Assembly: GCA_963825065.1 (NCBI GenBank) | Contig: CAWGRU010000004.1 | Location: 727,184 to 791,183 of the forward strand | DNA: 64,000 nucleotides | Reading direction: 5' to 3' | From: an uncultured Gemmatimonadales bacterium | GTDB lineage: Bacteria; Gemmatimonadota; Gemmatimonadetes; Gemmatimonadales; GWC2-71-9 | In this document: piece after piece, positions 35,763 through 47,292 of the stretch | How positions within the stretch are numbered: position 1 is the stretch's first letter | Layout of the letters: each line of letters opens with the position of its first letter | The notes under the pieces: model-generated | Told to the model about the DNA's origin: nothing | Database searches by the model: none | Seen by the model: the letters and a program-made list of their open reading frames with translations, nothing else | Program-made: the position numbers and the translations under genes

Positions 35763-36416
35763 TCAGAGGCCGGGGATCTTGAGCGTGTAGTTCACGCCGG
35801 CGCTGAAGACCGAGGGATTCAGGCCGCTGCCAGCCGAAAGCCGATCGTACGCCACCCCGAAACCCAGCCCGCCGAGCAGGCTGAAGTCGATGCCACCGCT
35901 GATGCCGAACTTGGTCTTCGTCTTGGTCGAGATGCCGGAGCCCGAGACCCGCGAGATGTCGACGCGCGGCGCGATCCAGGGCTTGATCGCGAGCGCGGGG
36001 TTGGGAATCTTGAGGGCGATACCCAGGCCGATTGGTGCGTGCAGCAGCTTTGCCCCGCTGTTCTTCACATACTCGGCGCCGCCCTGGAGCGTGACCGAGA
36101 GCGGGATGAGTGGCCCGCCGAAGACTTTGAAATTCAGATAGCCACCGATCCCGGTCTGCGATCCTGCCGGGCCCTTCGGGTTCCAGCTTGAGATCACCGC
36201 GCTCACGCCGAAGGGGCCGAGGCCGATCGCAGCCCGGCCGCCGTAGGCCGTCCCCTTGCCGTAGTCCGTGTTCGGGAAGCCGATCTCACCCCCAATGCTG
36301 AGCCCTGTGCTGATCCCGCTGTTGCGGACGGGCAGGCCGGTGACCTGCCCCAGAACGGACGATGCCAGTCCCGCGCTCAGCAGGACGGTGGCGGCGATGG
36401 AACGAAGCTGAAGCAT
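35763..36416 (-). CDS. small outer-membrane beta-barrel protein
   Basis: Start placed at ATG 36416 (MLQLRSIAATVLL...) with a GGAGG RBS. Gly-rich alternating strands. Confidence 0.6.
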   Translation of the reverse strand: MLQLRSIAATVLLSAGLASSVLGQVTGLPVRNSGISTGLSIGGEIGFPNTDYGKGTAYGGRAAIGLGPFGVSAVISSWNPKGPAGSQTGIGGYLNFKVFGGPLIPLSVTLQGGAEYVKNSGAKLLHAPIGLGIALKIPNPALAIKPWIAPRVDISRVSGSGISTKTKTKFGISGGIDFSLLGGLGFGVAYDRLSAGSGLNPSVFSAGVNYTLKIPGL

Positions 36417-36453
36417 GAATCCTCCGAAGCGGCTGGTCGGGTTGAGGCGCCGC

Positions 36454-36483
36454 AAGCTAGTGTCTTGATTGGGGATAAGTCAA
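36454..36483 (-). promoter_or_regulatory. candidate promoter TTGACT-N18-TAGCTTG
   Basis: The minus strand reads TTGACT tatccccaatcaagacac TAGCTTG, about 38 nt upstream of ATG 36416. Confidence 0.45.
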
Positions 36484-36594
36484 TGATGTTCGGCTCCGGC
36501 GGGTCCCCCGGCGCGATGTGAAACGACCCTCCTCGGCCGAGCCGGAGAGGGTCGCGTTCAGATCGGTGGCGGGCCGCTGCGCGAGGGCAGCGTC

Positions 36595-37203
36595 CTAGTG
36601 GTGCCAGGCTCCGCCAACGCCCACGCCTTCGATGTCGCCGAGGGAACCGCTCACCCGGATGTCGAAGGTCTTGGAGACGGCCAGGTCGACACCGAGGCCG
36701 AGGCCGAACTGCACGTCGCTGAGGAGTTCGCCGAAGGTCGGCGCGACCACCGGGTTCACGTACGGCGTGAAGCTCATGTTCGAACCCTCCAGCAGCACCT
36801 GCCGCCCGAGGCTGACACCGAGCGGGACTGCGAAGCCCGCCTGGCCGTTGCCGAACAGCGCGCCGAACGCGCCGGTGAAGGAGGCGTCGAGGGGGAAGCT
36901 CTGGGTGTGCCGAGCGATCGGGAGCCGGCCGTCAACGCCTACGCCGAACAGATTGTTTCCACCGCCTGTGGCGTCGATGTAGCCGACGGTCAATCCGAGG
37001 TCGAACTTGGGCCGGGCGATGCGATACTCGCCCTGTACCGCGACGCTCACGCCGGAGCCCGGGTCGGAGATGTAGCCGCCCAGCTCGGACACTCGGAACG
37101 CCCGGTACGGGCTGTGATAGATCGGGGTGAGAATGGTCTGTGCGGATCCGGAAACGGTGATGAACGCTGCGAGCACGAAGATGAGGGGGAGGCTTCGGCG
37201 CAT
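36595..37203 (-). CDS. small outer-membrane beta-barrel protein
   Basis: Start placed at ATG 37203 (MRRSLPLIFVLAAFITVSGSAQ), 1 nt after the atpC stop codon. Confidence 0.6.
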   Translation of the reverse strand: MRRSLPLIFVLAAFITVSGSAQTILTPIYHSPYRAFRVSELGGYISDPGSGVSVAVQGEYRIARPKFDLGLTVGYIDATGGGNNLFGVGVDGRLPIARHTQSFPLDASFTGAFGALFGNGQAGFAVPLGVSLGRQVLLEGSNMSFTPYVNPVVAPTFGELLSDVQFGLGLGVDLAVSKTFDIRVSGSLGDIEGVGVGGAWHH

Positions 37204-37204
37204 T

Positions 37205-39021
<1,817 letters not shown>

Positions 39022-39909
39022 CTATCCTTCCAATGCCGCCGCGCCGCCCACGATCTCCGCGATCTCCTGCGTGATCGCAGCCTGACGCTGGCGGTTGTAG
39101 GTCCGTTTCAGGATCTCGTAGATGTCGCCCGCGTTGTCCGTGGCGTTCTTCATCGCGGTGCGGCGCGCTCCGTGCTCGGCCGCGGCGGTCTCTACCAGCC
39201 CGCGAAAGACCTGGTTGCGGACGTAGAGCGGCAGCAGCTGTTCCAGGATCTCATCCGGGCCGGGCTTCAGGATGTAGTCGGCCTTCATCCCGCCCTGCTT
39301 CGCTGCCGGCGTCCGTACCGGCAGTACCTGGAGCGTGGTCGGCGGGGTGGAGAGCGGGCTGTTGAACTTGGCACAGACCACGTCCACGCTGGCCAATTGG
39401 CCCGCGGCGTAGTCCGCGATCAGACCTTCGACCAGCTCCTGGGCGTGCTGCGCCGTCGGCTTGTCACCGATGTCGACCCGCTGGCTGGCGAGCGCACGAC
39501 CGATGTAGCGGAAGTACCCGATGCCCTTCTTGCCGACGCCGTGCAGATCGACGGCATACCCCTGGCTCTCGAGCTGCTCGATCCGCTTCCGCGCCTCCTT
39601 GATGAGGTTCGCGTTGAAACCGCCACACAGCCCGCGATTGGAAGTCACCAGCAGCACGGCGGCACGCCGGGGCCCGCCCTTGGCGGGAGGCGCGGGACGG
39701 CGGAGCAGCGGGAACCGCTCGGCGAGTTCCGGGGTGACCAGGTCCGCGATCACCTCCGCCAGCGCCGCCGCGTAGGGTCGCGCAGCCACCACCCGGTCCT
39801 GGGCCCGCTTCAGCTTGGAGGTGGAGACCAGCTCCATCGTCCGGGTGATCTTCCGGGTGTTCTGGACGGACTTCATCCGTCCCCGGAGCGCCTTTGACGA
39901 CTTGGCCAT
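39022..39909 (-). CDS. atpG: F1 ATP synthase gamma subunit
   Basis: 295 aa: MAKSSKALRGRMKSVQNTRKITRTMELVSTSKLKRAQ...ITQEIAEIVGGA. Confidence 0.95.
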   Translation of the reverse strand: MAKSSKALRGRMKSVQNTRKITRTMELVSTSKLKRAQDRVVAARPYAAALAEVIADLVTPELAERFPLLRRPAPPAKGGPRRAAVLLVTSNRGLCGGFNANLIKEARKRIEQLESQGYAVDLHGVGKKGIGYFRYIGRALASQRVDIGDKPTAQHAQELVEGLIADYAAGQLASVDVVCAKFNSPLSTPPTTLQVLPVRTPAAKQGGMKADYILKPGPDEILEQLLPLYVRNQVFRGLVETAAAEHGARRTAMKNATDNAGDIYEILKRTYNRQRQAAITQEIAEIVGGAAALEG

Positions 39910-41487
<1,578 letters not shown>

Positions 41488-41498
41488 AGGTCTCGAAG

Positions 41499-41529
41499 TT
41501 GGTGGGTGGCACGGTCAGGCCTTAGCTTG
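41499..41529 (+). promoter_or_regulatory. candidate promoter TTGGTG-N18-TAGCTTG (towards the ClC gene)
   Basis: Read directly. The -10 at 41523-41528 overlaps the palindrome at 41526-41545. Confidence 0.35.
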
Positions 41530-41545
41530 TGAAAAGTATCACAAG
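41526..41545. promoter_or_regulatory. perfect 20-bp palindrome CTTGTGA-aaagta-TCACAAG (CRP/FNR-type TGTGA-N6-TCACA site)
   Basis: Read directly, in the AT-richest part of the 178-bp atpA/ClC divergent region. Confidence 0.45.
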
Positions 41546-41561
41546 GCACAATCAAAGGCAA
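41533..41561 (-). promoter_or_regulatory. candidate atp promoter TTGCCT-N17-TACTTT
   Basis: The minus strand reads TTGCCT ttgattgtgccttgtga TACTTT. The -10 hexamer is the 6-nt spacer of the palindrome. Confidence 0.35.
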
Positions 41562-41665
41562 CCATCGGCGCTGGGATATACAACGGAATCCGCCTGCGGC
41601 AAGGCTCCCGCTCCGACCCCAACTTTCCCGGCCTCCAGACCGCGCTACTATGATGAGGAATACCG

Positions 41666-43383
41666 GTGCTGCCGGTGACATCTGCCCAGGCTATTCGCGG
41701 TTCCGGGCCCTCCGCGGAACCGCTTGAAGGAAACCTGACTCGACCCCTTTATCGGGCCCTCACCCAGGTTCGCGACTGGTCCGCCGGCCTGAGTCGCCTG
41801 GGCCAGCAGATCCCCGACCGGCTCCTCCGGCTCGGGCTAGGCGAGACCGCTCTGCTGCTCATCATCGCCGCCTGCGTCGGACTGCTTGCCGGCGCCGCCA
41901 TTCTCGGCTTCTACCGGTTGCTCGCCGGCGCCGCCACCTTTTCTGAACGCCTCGCCGCCCTGCTCGTCCTCCCCCCGTTCTGGATTCACGCGGCAGTGCT
42001 CCTTGCGGGCATCGGCCTGGCCCGGTGGCTGGTCCGTGCGGGTACCCGCGACTCGCAGGAGGAAACGTCGCCGCGGTGATGCAGGCCGTGGCCCGCCGCG
42101 GCGGACGGCTTCGCCTGCCACAAATCCTGGTGAAGACCCTGGCCGCCGCGATCGTGATCGGAGCTGGAGGCTCGGCGGCTGCCGAGGGACCGGTGGCAGT
42201 CCTCGGCGCCGGCACCGCGAGCGGTACCGGCCGATCGCTTCGGTTCCGCGCGGAGCGGCTCCGGCTGCTGGTGGGCTGCGGCGCCGCAGTGACGAGGTCG
42301 GCCCTCGGCGTCCATTCAGCCCTGATTCGAATGCCTCCGGTGCACGGCGACTGGCGGCTGCCGGATCTGGCATTCGCGGCGGGACTGGGAATGCTGGGTG
42401 GCCTGGTCTCGGTGGCGTACACCCGCGGCATCTGGCTGGGCCGGGATCTCCTCGCCCGGATTCCGATCGCGGCACGGGTGGCCGTCGCCGCGATCGTGGT
42501 GGCCGGCATCTACACCGTGCTGCCGACCGAGCTGCTTGGCGTGGGCACGCTGGATGTCGCCCGGCTGGCGGGAAGCGGAGTGGGACTGCTGCTCCTGCTC
42601 GTGGCCGGGAAGATCGTTGCCACCTCGCTCACGATCGGCGCGGCGGAGGTTGGCGGCCTCTTCGCGCCGGCGATCATCGCCGGTGCGGCACTGGGTGGCG
42701 CAGTCGGCGTCGCACTCCACCTGCTCGGAGTCGGCAATGCGCTCGGGCCGGCCGGGTATTCGCTCCTCGGCATGACTGCCGTCGTCGCCGGCTCGGCGCA
42801 TGCACCGCTCACCGCGATCTTCATCGTGCTGGAGATGTCCGGCGACTGGACGCTCATCCTGCCGCTGCTCCTCGCCGGCAGCCTGAGCTACGTCACCGCT
42901 CGGGGCCTCTATCCCAACTCGGTCTACTCCGAGTGGCTGGCACGGCGTGGCGAACGGATCAGCCACGGCACCGACGAGGGGGTGCTGGACCGGATCAGGG
43001 TGGCGCAGGCCCTCAATCCGGCACCGGTCACCCTCCGCGCCGGCGACCGCCTCGCCGACGCCCTCCGCAACGTCGCCGGGCCGCCCCGGACCGAGTACCC
43101 GGTGCTGGACGCCGGGGGCCGGCTTACTGGGGTCCTGACCTTCGAGGACTGGCACCGTGCGCTGCTGGATCCGGCGGCGGCCGGGGTGCGCACCGTCGGA
43201 GAACTGGCCAGCCCTCCGACCGACATCGTCACGACCAACGACTCGTTGCTGGAAGCGCTGCGACGCATGGGGACCCGGGACGCACCGCAACTGCCGGTGG
43301 TTTCTGCGAACGGCGATGGGCGGCTGGTCGGGGTGATTGGACGGAAGGAGATTTTCGCGGCCTATGAGGCGGCGCTGGGGTAG
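41666..43383 (+). pseudogene. ClC-family chloride channel/antiporter with two C-terminal CBS domains, frame broken by a 1-nt indel (pseudogene or consensus error)
   Basis: The first TM helices (ORF 41666-42079) are in one frame. The rest is in another: GGNVAAVMQAV..., GGSAAAEGP, GGLFAPAII, then the CBS pair. The junction is about 42050-42060. Confidence 0.7.
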
Positions 43384-43384
43384 T

Positions 43385-44158
43385 TCAGACCCGGCTTCGG
43401 GTCTTGCCCTTCGCGAAATTCGCCAGCACCCCTCGGGCGCCGAGACCGGCCAGGCCCCGCGTCGGCACGCCGGCGATCCGCCGCGCCGTGGCGCCGAGAT
43501 GACTGGCCGTGGCGAAGCGCAGGATGCGCGCGACCGCCGCCACGTCGTAGCCCGGATTGCGGAGCAGTGAGGCGGCGCAGGCGATTCGGGTGAGGTCGAT
43601 GACCCGCTTGAGGTTCGGCGCGCCTCCCGCGCCGAACTGCCGGGAGAGATGCTCCCGCGAGCAGCCGAGCGTCCGGGCGATCGACTGGGTGCGCACCGTC
43701 TGATCGACCCGGTCCAGCAGATAGTGCCAGACCTCCCGCTGCAGCGGCTCCGCGAGGCGGAGCACCCTGAGGGCATCGTCCAGCGCCAGGCGCCGCTCGG
43801 CCGCCGCGGAGTGCCGCACCACCAGGTCCCCAGCCACCGCATTGTCGACGCCGTCTACCAATACGAGCGACACTCCGCCTGCCTGGCAGGCGAGCAGCAG
43901 CGGGCCATCGTCCGGCTTGAACGGGGCGAAGGCGACCCAGGGCACCTGCGGAAAGGCCCGGCGAAGGCCAGCGATCTCCTCGAGCGGGGTCCGCGTCGGT
44001 GTGAAGACCACCGCATCCACCAACCGGGTGGCCAGGGTGCGTTCGAGATGGAGCGGGGAGCGACAGCCGATGAACGACCACGAGCCGCCGCCCGGCAGGG
44101 TGCGCCGCAGAGCCTGCGAGGCCTCAGCGCCGGGGACCAGGGCGGCGACGGCGGGCAT
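43385..44158 (-). CDS. AraC-family transcriptional regulator with REC-like (pseudo-receiver) N-terminal domain
   Basis: C-terminal HTH region: VRTQSIARTLGCSREHLSRQF...LLRNPGYDVAAVARILRFATASHLGATARR. Start placed at ATG 44158. Confidence 0.7.
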   Translation of the reverse strand: MPAVAALVPGAEASQALRRTLPGGGSWSFIGCRSPLHLERTLATRLVDAVVFTPTRTPLEEIAGLRRAFPQVPWVAFAPFKPDDGPLLLACQAGGVSLVLVDGVDNAVAGDLVVRHSAAAERRLALDDALRVLRLAEPLQREVWHYLLDRVDQTVRTQSIARTLGCSREHLSRQFGAGGAPNLKRVIDLTRIACAASLLRNPGYDVAAVARILRFATASHLGATARRIAGVPTRGLAGLGARGVLANFAKGKTRSRV

Positions 44159-44159
44159 T

Positions 44160-44684
44160 TCAAGACTCCGTGGGCACCGCAGGCGCGGGAACCTCGGACG
44201 GCGCCGGGGCGGGCGGCCGCGGGCGGCCTTCACCCATCGCCACCAGGGTGCGCGCCATCTCGCCAGCCCGTTTGAGCACGCCACGCGCGTTGTCGTAGGA
44301 GAGCTGCTCCAGCGCCTCCTCGAGCGTGAGCCAGCGATAGTCGGTGATGCCCTCGTCGAGCTGGGGCACCACCTCGGCCGCCGCACTCTCCAGCAGGAAG
44401 AAGTGGCAGAACTTGTGGATGTATCGCCCCTTGAACCGGAAATGCCAGTCGATGATGCGAATGGGGCCCAGCATCTGCAGATCGACCAGTCCCGTCTCCT
44501 CGGCGGTCTCCCGATAGGCCGCTTCGGCCGGGGACTCCTCACCCTCGAGGTGACCCTTCGGAAAGCCCCAGTGCTCGTAGGGGTCGCGGATCAGGAGGAA
44601 GCGGGCGCTGCGGTCGGGCTGCCGTCGAAAGACGATGCCCCCCGCGCTGACTTCCCGCTCGGCCTTGCGCTTCGGCTTGGACAC
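44160..44684 (-). CDS. NUDIX hydrolase
   Basis: Nudix box GFPKGHLEGEESPAEAAYRETAEETGL. Confidence 0.85.
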   Translation of the reverse strand: MSKPKRKAEREVSAGGIVFRRQPDRSARFLLIRDPYEHWGFPKGHLEGEESPAEAAYRETAEETGLVDLQMLGPIRIIDWHFRFKGRYIHKFCHFFLLESAAAEVVPQLDEGITDYRWLTLEEALEQLSYDNARGVLKRAGEMARTLVAMGEGRPRPPAPAPSEVPAPAVPTES

Positions 44685-45688
44685 TAGAACACCGAAAACT
44701 TGAAGTACTTGCGCGGGTTCATCTGGATGTCCGCGATGAGCCGCCGCATCTCCTGCATCGTCTCGATCGTCTCGTTGTACATCGCCGGGTTCTTCGAGAG
44801 CAGGCCGAGCGTCCCCTGGCCGTTCTGGATCCGCGACAGCGCCGAGTCGATGGCCAGGAGGGAATGCACCAGGGTGGAGTCCTGTCCATGCAGCGTGGCG
44901 AGGAACGCCTTCAGATCGGCGGAGGCATCGCGGAGATTCCCCGAGCCGTCGCGGGCGTTGCTGAGGATCTGCTGCAGCTGTCCGTCCGCAGTGGCGGAGT
45001 CGACCCTGGCAAGGGTGTTCTCCAGGTGACCCGAGGCGCTGAGGACGGCGTCCGAGGTGCGCTCCACGTTCCCGGTCACCTGGTTGAGGCGGCTGGTCTG
45101 GCTCTCCGTGAAGCGCTCCAGCTTGCTCGCGATGGCGCCGAAATCCTTGATGCTCTGCCGCAGCTCAGCGACGGCGTTGGAATCGAAGGTCTCCTGCACC
45201 CGCTGCGCCACCGCGGCGATGTCGGTGGCGATGCGTCCGGCCTGCGCGGTGAGCTGTCCCACGTCGGGGAGGGTGGCGCCGGGCCAGCGATCGCCACCGG
45301 GACGCGCGGTCTCGGCGAGCATCACCCGCACGTTCGGATCGTCCTGGGGCTGGTCGCGGGAGACGATCGTCGCCGCCCATTCACCAAAGAGACTCTGCGA
45401 GGCGGCGATGACCGCCGGGTTGGACGGCAGGTCCACGGCCTGAAAGACCCGGAGATCGGCCTCGACGAACTGATCGGCGAGACGAATCGCCTCGATCCGG
45501 CCGACGCGGACACCGCGGTAGGTGACCGGCGCGCCGGGGGTGAGCCCGCCCACGGTGCGGAAGCGCGCCACGTGGATCGACTCCCGCCGGCCGATGTCCG
45601 CCTCGGAGAGCCAGAGCGCCCCGGCCACGACCACGGCCAGACTGACCAGCAGGACCAGCCCGACCAGGAACTCGTTCCGCCGCTTCAT
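44684..45688 (-). CDS. mlaD: MCE/MlaD-family substrate-binding protein
   Basis: N-terminal TM segment, then the MCE domain ...FRTVGGLTPGAPVTYRGVRVGRIEAIRL.... Confidence 0.8.
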   Translation of the reverse strand: MKRRNEFLVGLVLLVSLAVVVAGALWLSEADIGRRESIHVARFRTVGGLTPGAPVTYRGVRVGRIEAIRLADQFVEADLRVFQAVDLPSNPAVIAASQSLFGEWAATIVSRDQPQDDPNVRVMLAETARPGGDRWPGATLPDVGQLTAQAGRIATDIAAVAQRVQETFDSNAVAELRQSIKDFGAIASKLERFTESQTSRLNQVTGNVERTSDAVLSASGHLENTLARVDSATADGQLQQILSNARDGSGNLRDASADLKAFLATLHGQDSTLVHSLLAIDSALSRIQNGQGTLGLLSKNPAMYNETIETMQEMRRLIADIQMNPRKYFKFSVF

Positions 45689-46446
45689 GCGCCGGCCTCC
45701 TGCGGCTGCAGCTTCTCCGGGTCGAACGGCCGCCCCTCGATGAAGTTCCGCACCACCGGATCGTCGGTGTGGCGGATCTCCTCGATGCTTCCGACCTGCC
45801 GGATGCGGCCCTGGTACAGCATCGCGATGCGGTCTCCGACCGTGTAGGCGCTGCGCATATCGTGGGTGACGACGACGCCGGTCGTGCCGAGCTCCTGTCG
45901 GGCGCGGACCATCAGCTCGTCGATCACGGCCGAGGTGACCGGATCGAGCCCGGTGGTCGGTTCGTCGTAGAGAATGTAGCGCGGCCGGAGCGCGATCGCC
46001 CGGGCGATGCCCACCCGCTTGCGCATGCCGCCGGAGAGTTCCGCCGGAAGACGCTCCTCGGCCCCGGGCAGGTCGACCAGCCGGAGGCTCTCCCGAATCC
46101 GGGTCTGCACCTCGGCCTCGTCGAGGCCCCGCCGCTTGAGTCCGAGGCGGATGTTGTCCGCGACCGACATGGAGTCGAAGAGCGCCGCAAACTGGAAGAC
46201 GTAGCCGATCTGGCCGCGCAGCGCGTCGAGTTCCTTCGGCGCCAGCGCGTCGACCTCCTGCCCGTCCACCGTGACGCTCCCCGCGTCAGGCAGCAACAGG
46301 CCGACGATGTGCTTGAGCGCGACGCTCTTCCCCGTGCCCGAGAACCCGATGATGACGGTGGTCTGTCCGTCGGGGATGTCGAGGGTCATGCCGTCGAGCA
46401 CCACCTTGGGTCCGAAGGCCTTGTGGACCTCGTCGAAGCGGATCAC
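45685..46446 (-). CDS. mlaF: ABC transporter ATP-binding protein (MlaF-like)
   Basis: GFSGTGKS, LSGGMRKRVGIARA, ILYDEPTTGLD. The GTG start overlaps the mlaE stop (GTGA). Confidence 0.9.
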   Translation of the reverse strand: MIRFDEVHKAFGPKVVLDGMTLDIPDGQTTVIIGFSGTGKSVALKHIVGLLLPDAGSVTVDGQEVDALAPKELDALRGQIGYVFQFAALFDSMSVADNIRLGLKRRGLDEAEVQTRIRESLRLVDLPGAEERLPAELSGGMRKRVGIARAIALRPRYILYDEPTTGLDPVTSAVIDELMVRARQELGTTGVVVTHDMRSAYTVGDRIAMLYQGRIRQVGSIEEIRHTDDPVVRNFIEGRPFDPEKLQPQEAGA

Positions 46447-47201
46447 AGGAGCACCAGCGCCCAGAAGGCGTCGAGCACCAGGATCGCCTCGCAGCCGATG
46501 ACGACGGCGCGGGTGGTGTTGCGGCCGACCCCCTCCGCGCCACCGCGGGTGGTGAGGCCCTGGATGCAGCCGGCGAGCGTGACGGCGGCGCCGAAACTCA
46601 TCGCCTTCACCATGCCGAACCAGATGTCCTTGAACCGGTAGAAGAGCCGCAGCCCCTTCACGAACTCGAGAGTGGAGAGGTCGAGCAGGTTGATCGCGGT
46701 GAACCAGCCGGCGGTGACGCCGAGCGCGATCGCCAGCGCGGTCACCACGGGGAACATCAGCATCCCCGCGACGACCCGGGGGACGACGAGATAACTGCGC
46801 GGGTTGTAGGCGAGGGTCTCGAGGGCGTCGACCTGCTCGGTGACGCGCATGGTGCCGAGCTCGGCGGCGATGTTGGCCCCGACGCGGCCCGCGAGCGCGA
46901 GGCCGGTCAGCACCGGCCCGAGCTCCATCATGATCGTCTTCCCCACCAGGGCGCCCACGAAGTAGAGGGGGACCGCACCGGTGAAGATGTACTTCGAGAG
47001 CAGGGAAAGGACGATGCCGGTGAACGTCGCGATGAACAGCGCGATGGGAACGGAATCGACGCCGAGGCGGCGCATCTGCGGAATCACGTGCGGCGCCCAG
47101 GTCCGCACGTCGGCCACCGCCCGACCCGATTCGACGCCCCACCGGCCGACCCGCGTGACGGCCCTGGTCCAGCCTGCGCGAGAGGCGAGAGCTTGTTGCA
47201 C
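46443..47201 (-). CDS. mlaE: ABC transporter permease (MlaE-like)
   Basis: 252-aa polytopic protein: ...QMRRLGVDSVPIALFIATFTGIVLSL.... Confidence 0.85.
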   Translation of the reverse strand: MQQALASRAGWTRAVTRVGRWGVESGRAVADVRTWAPHVIPQMRRLGVDSVPIALFIATFTGIVLSLLSKYIFTGAVPLYFVGALVGKTIMMELGPVLTGLALAGRVGANIAAELGTMRVTEQVDALETLAYNPRSYLVVPRVVAGMLMFPVVTALAIALGVTAGWFTAINLLDLSTLEFVKGLRLFYRFKDIWFGMVKAMSFGAAVTLAGCIQGLTTRGGAEGVGRNTTRAVVIGCEAILVLDAFWALVLL

Positions 47202-47292
47202 GGGGTCAAGGTACGGCGGAAGGTACGGAGTGTAAAGCAGCGATCCTGCTTCCCCCGCCGGCGTTGCCGGCGGCGGATGGGGAGCGGTGTGA

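Noticed and set aside
42280-42350. Possible second frameshift pair inside the ClC gene (region AAVTRSALGVHSALIRMPP where AAFNAPLAG is expected)
   Set aside because: I translated the other two frames. One has an immediate stop and the other gives no ClC-like sequence. Divergence is more likely than an indel.
47205-47245. SRP (4.5S) RNA-like words CGGAAGG and AAGCAGC in the rpoD-mlaE spacer
   Set aside because: The segment is a direct repeat (AAGGTACGG twice), not the helix-8 hairpin. The spacer (about 90 nt) also holds the rpoD terminator hairpins. It does not fold like SRP RNA.
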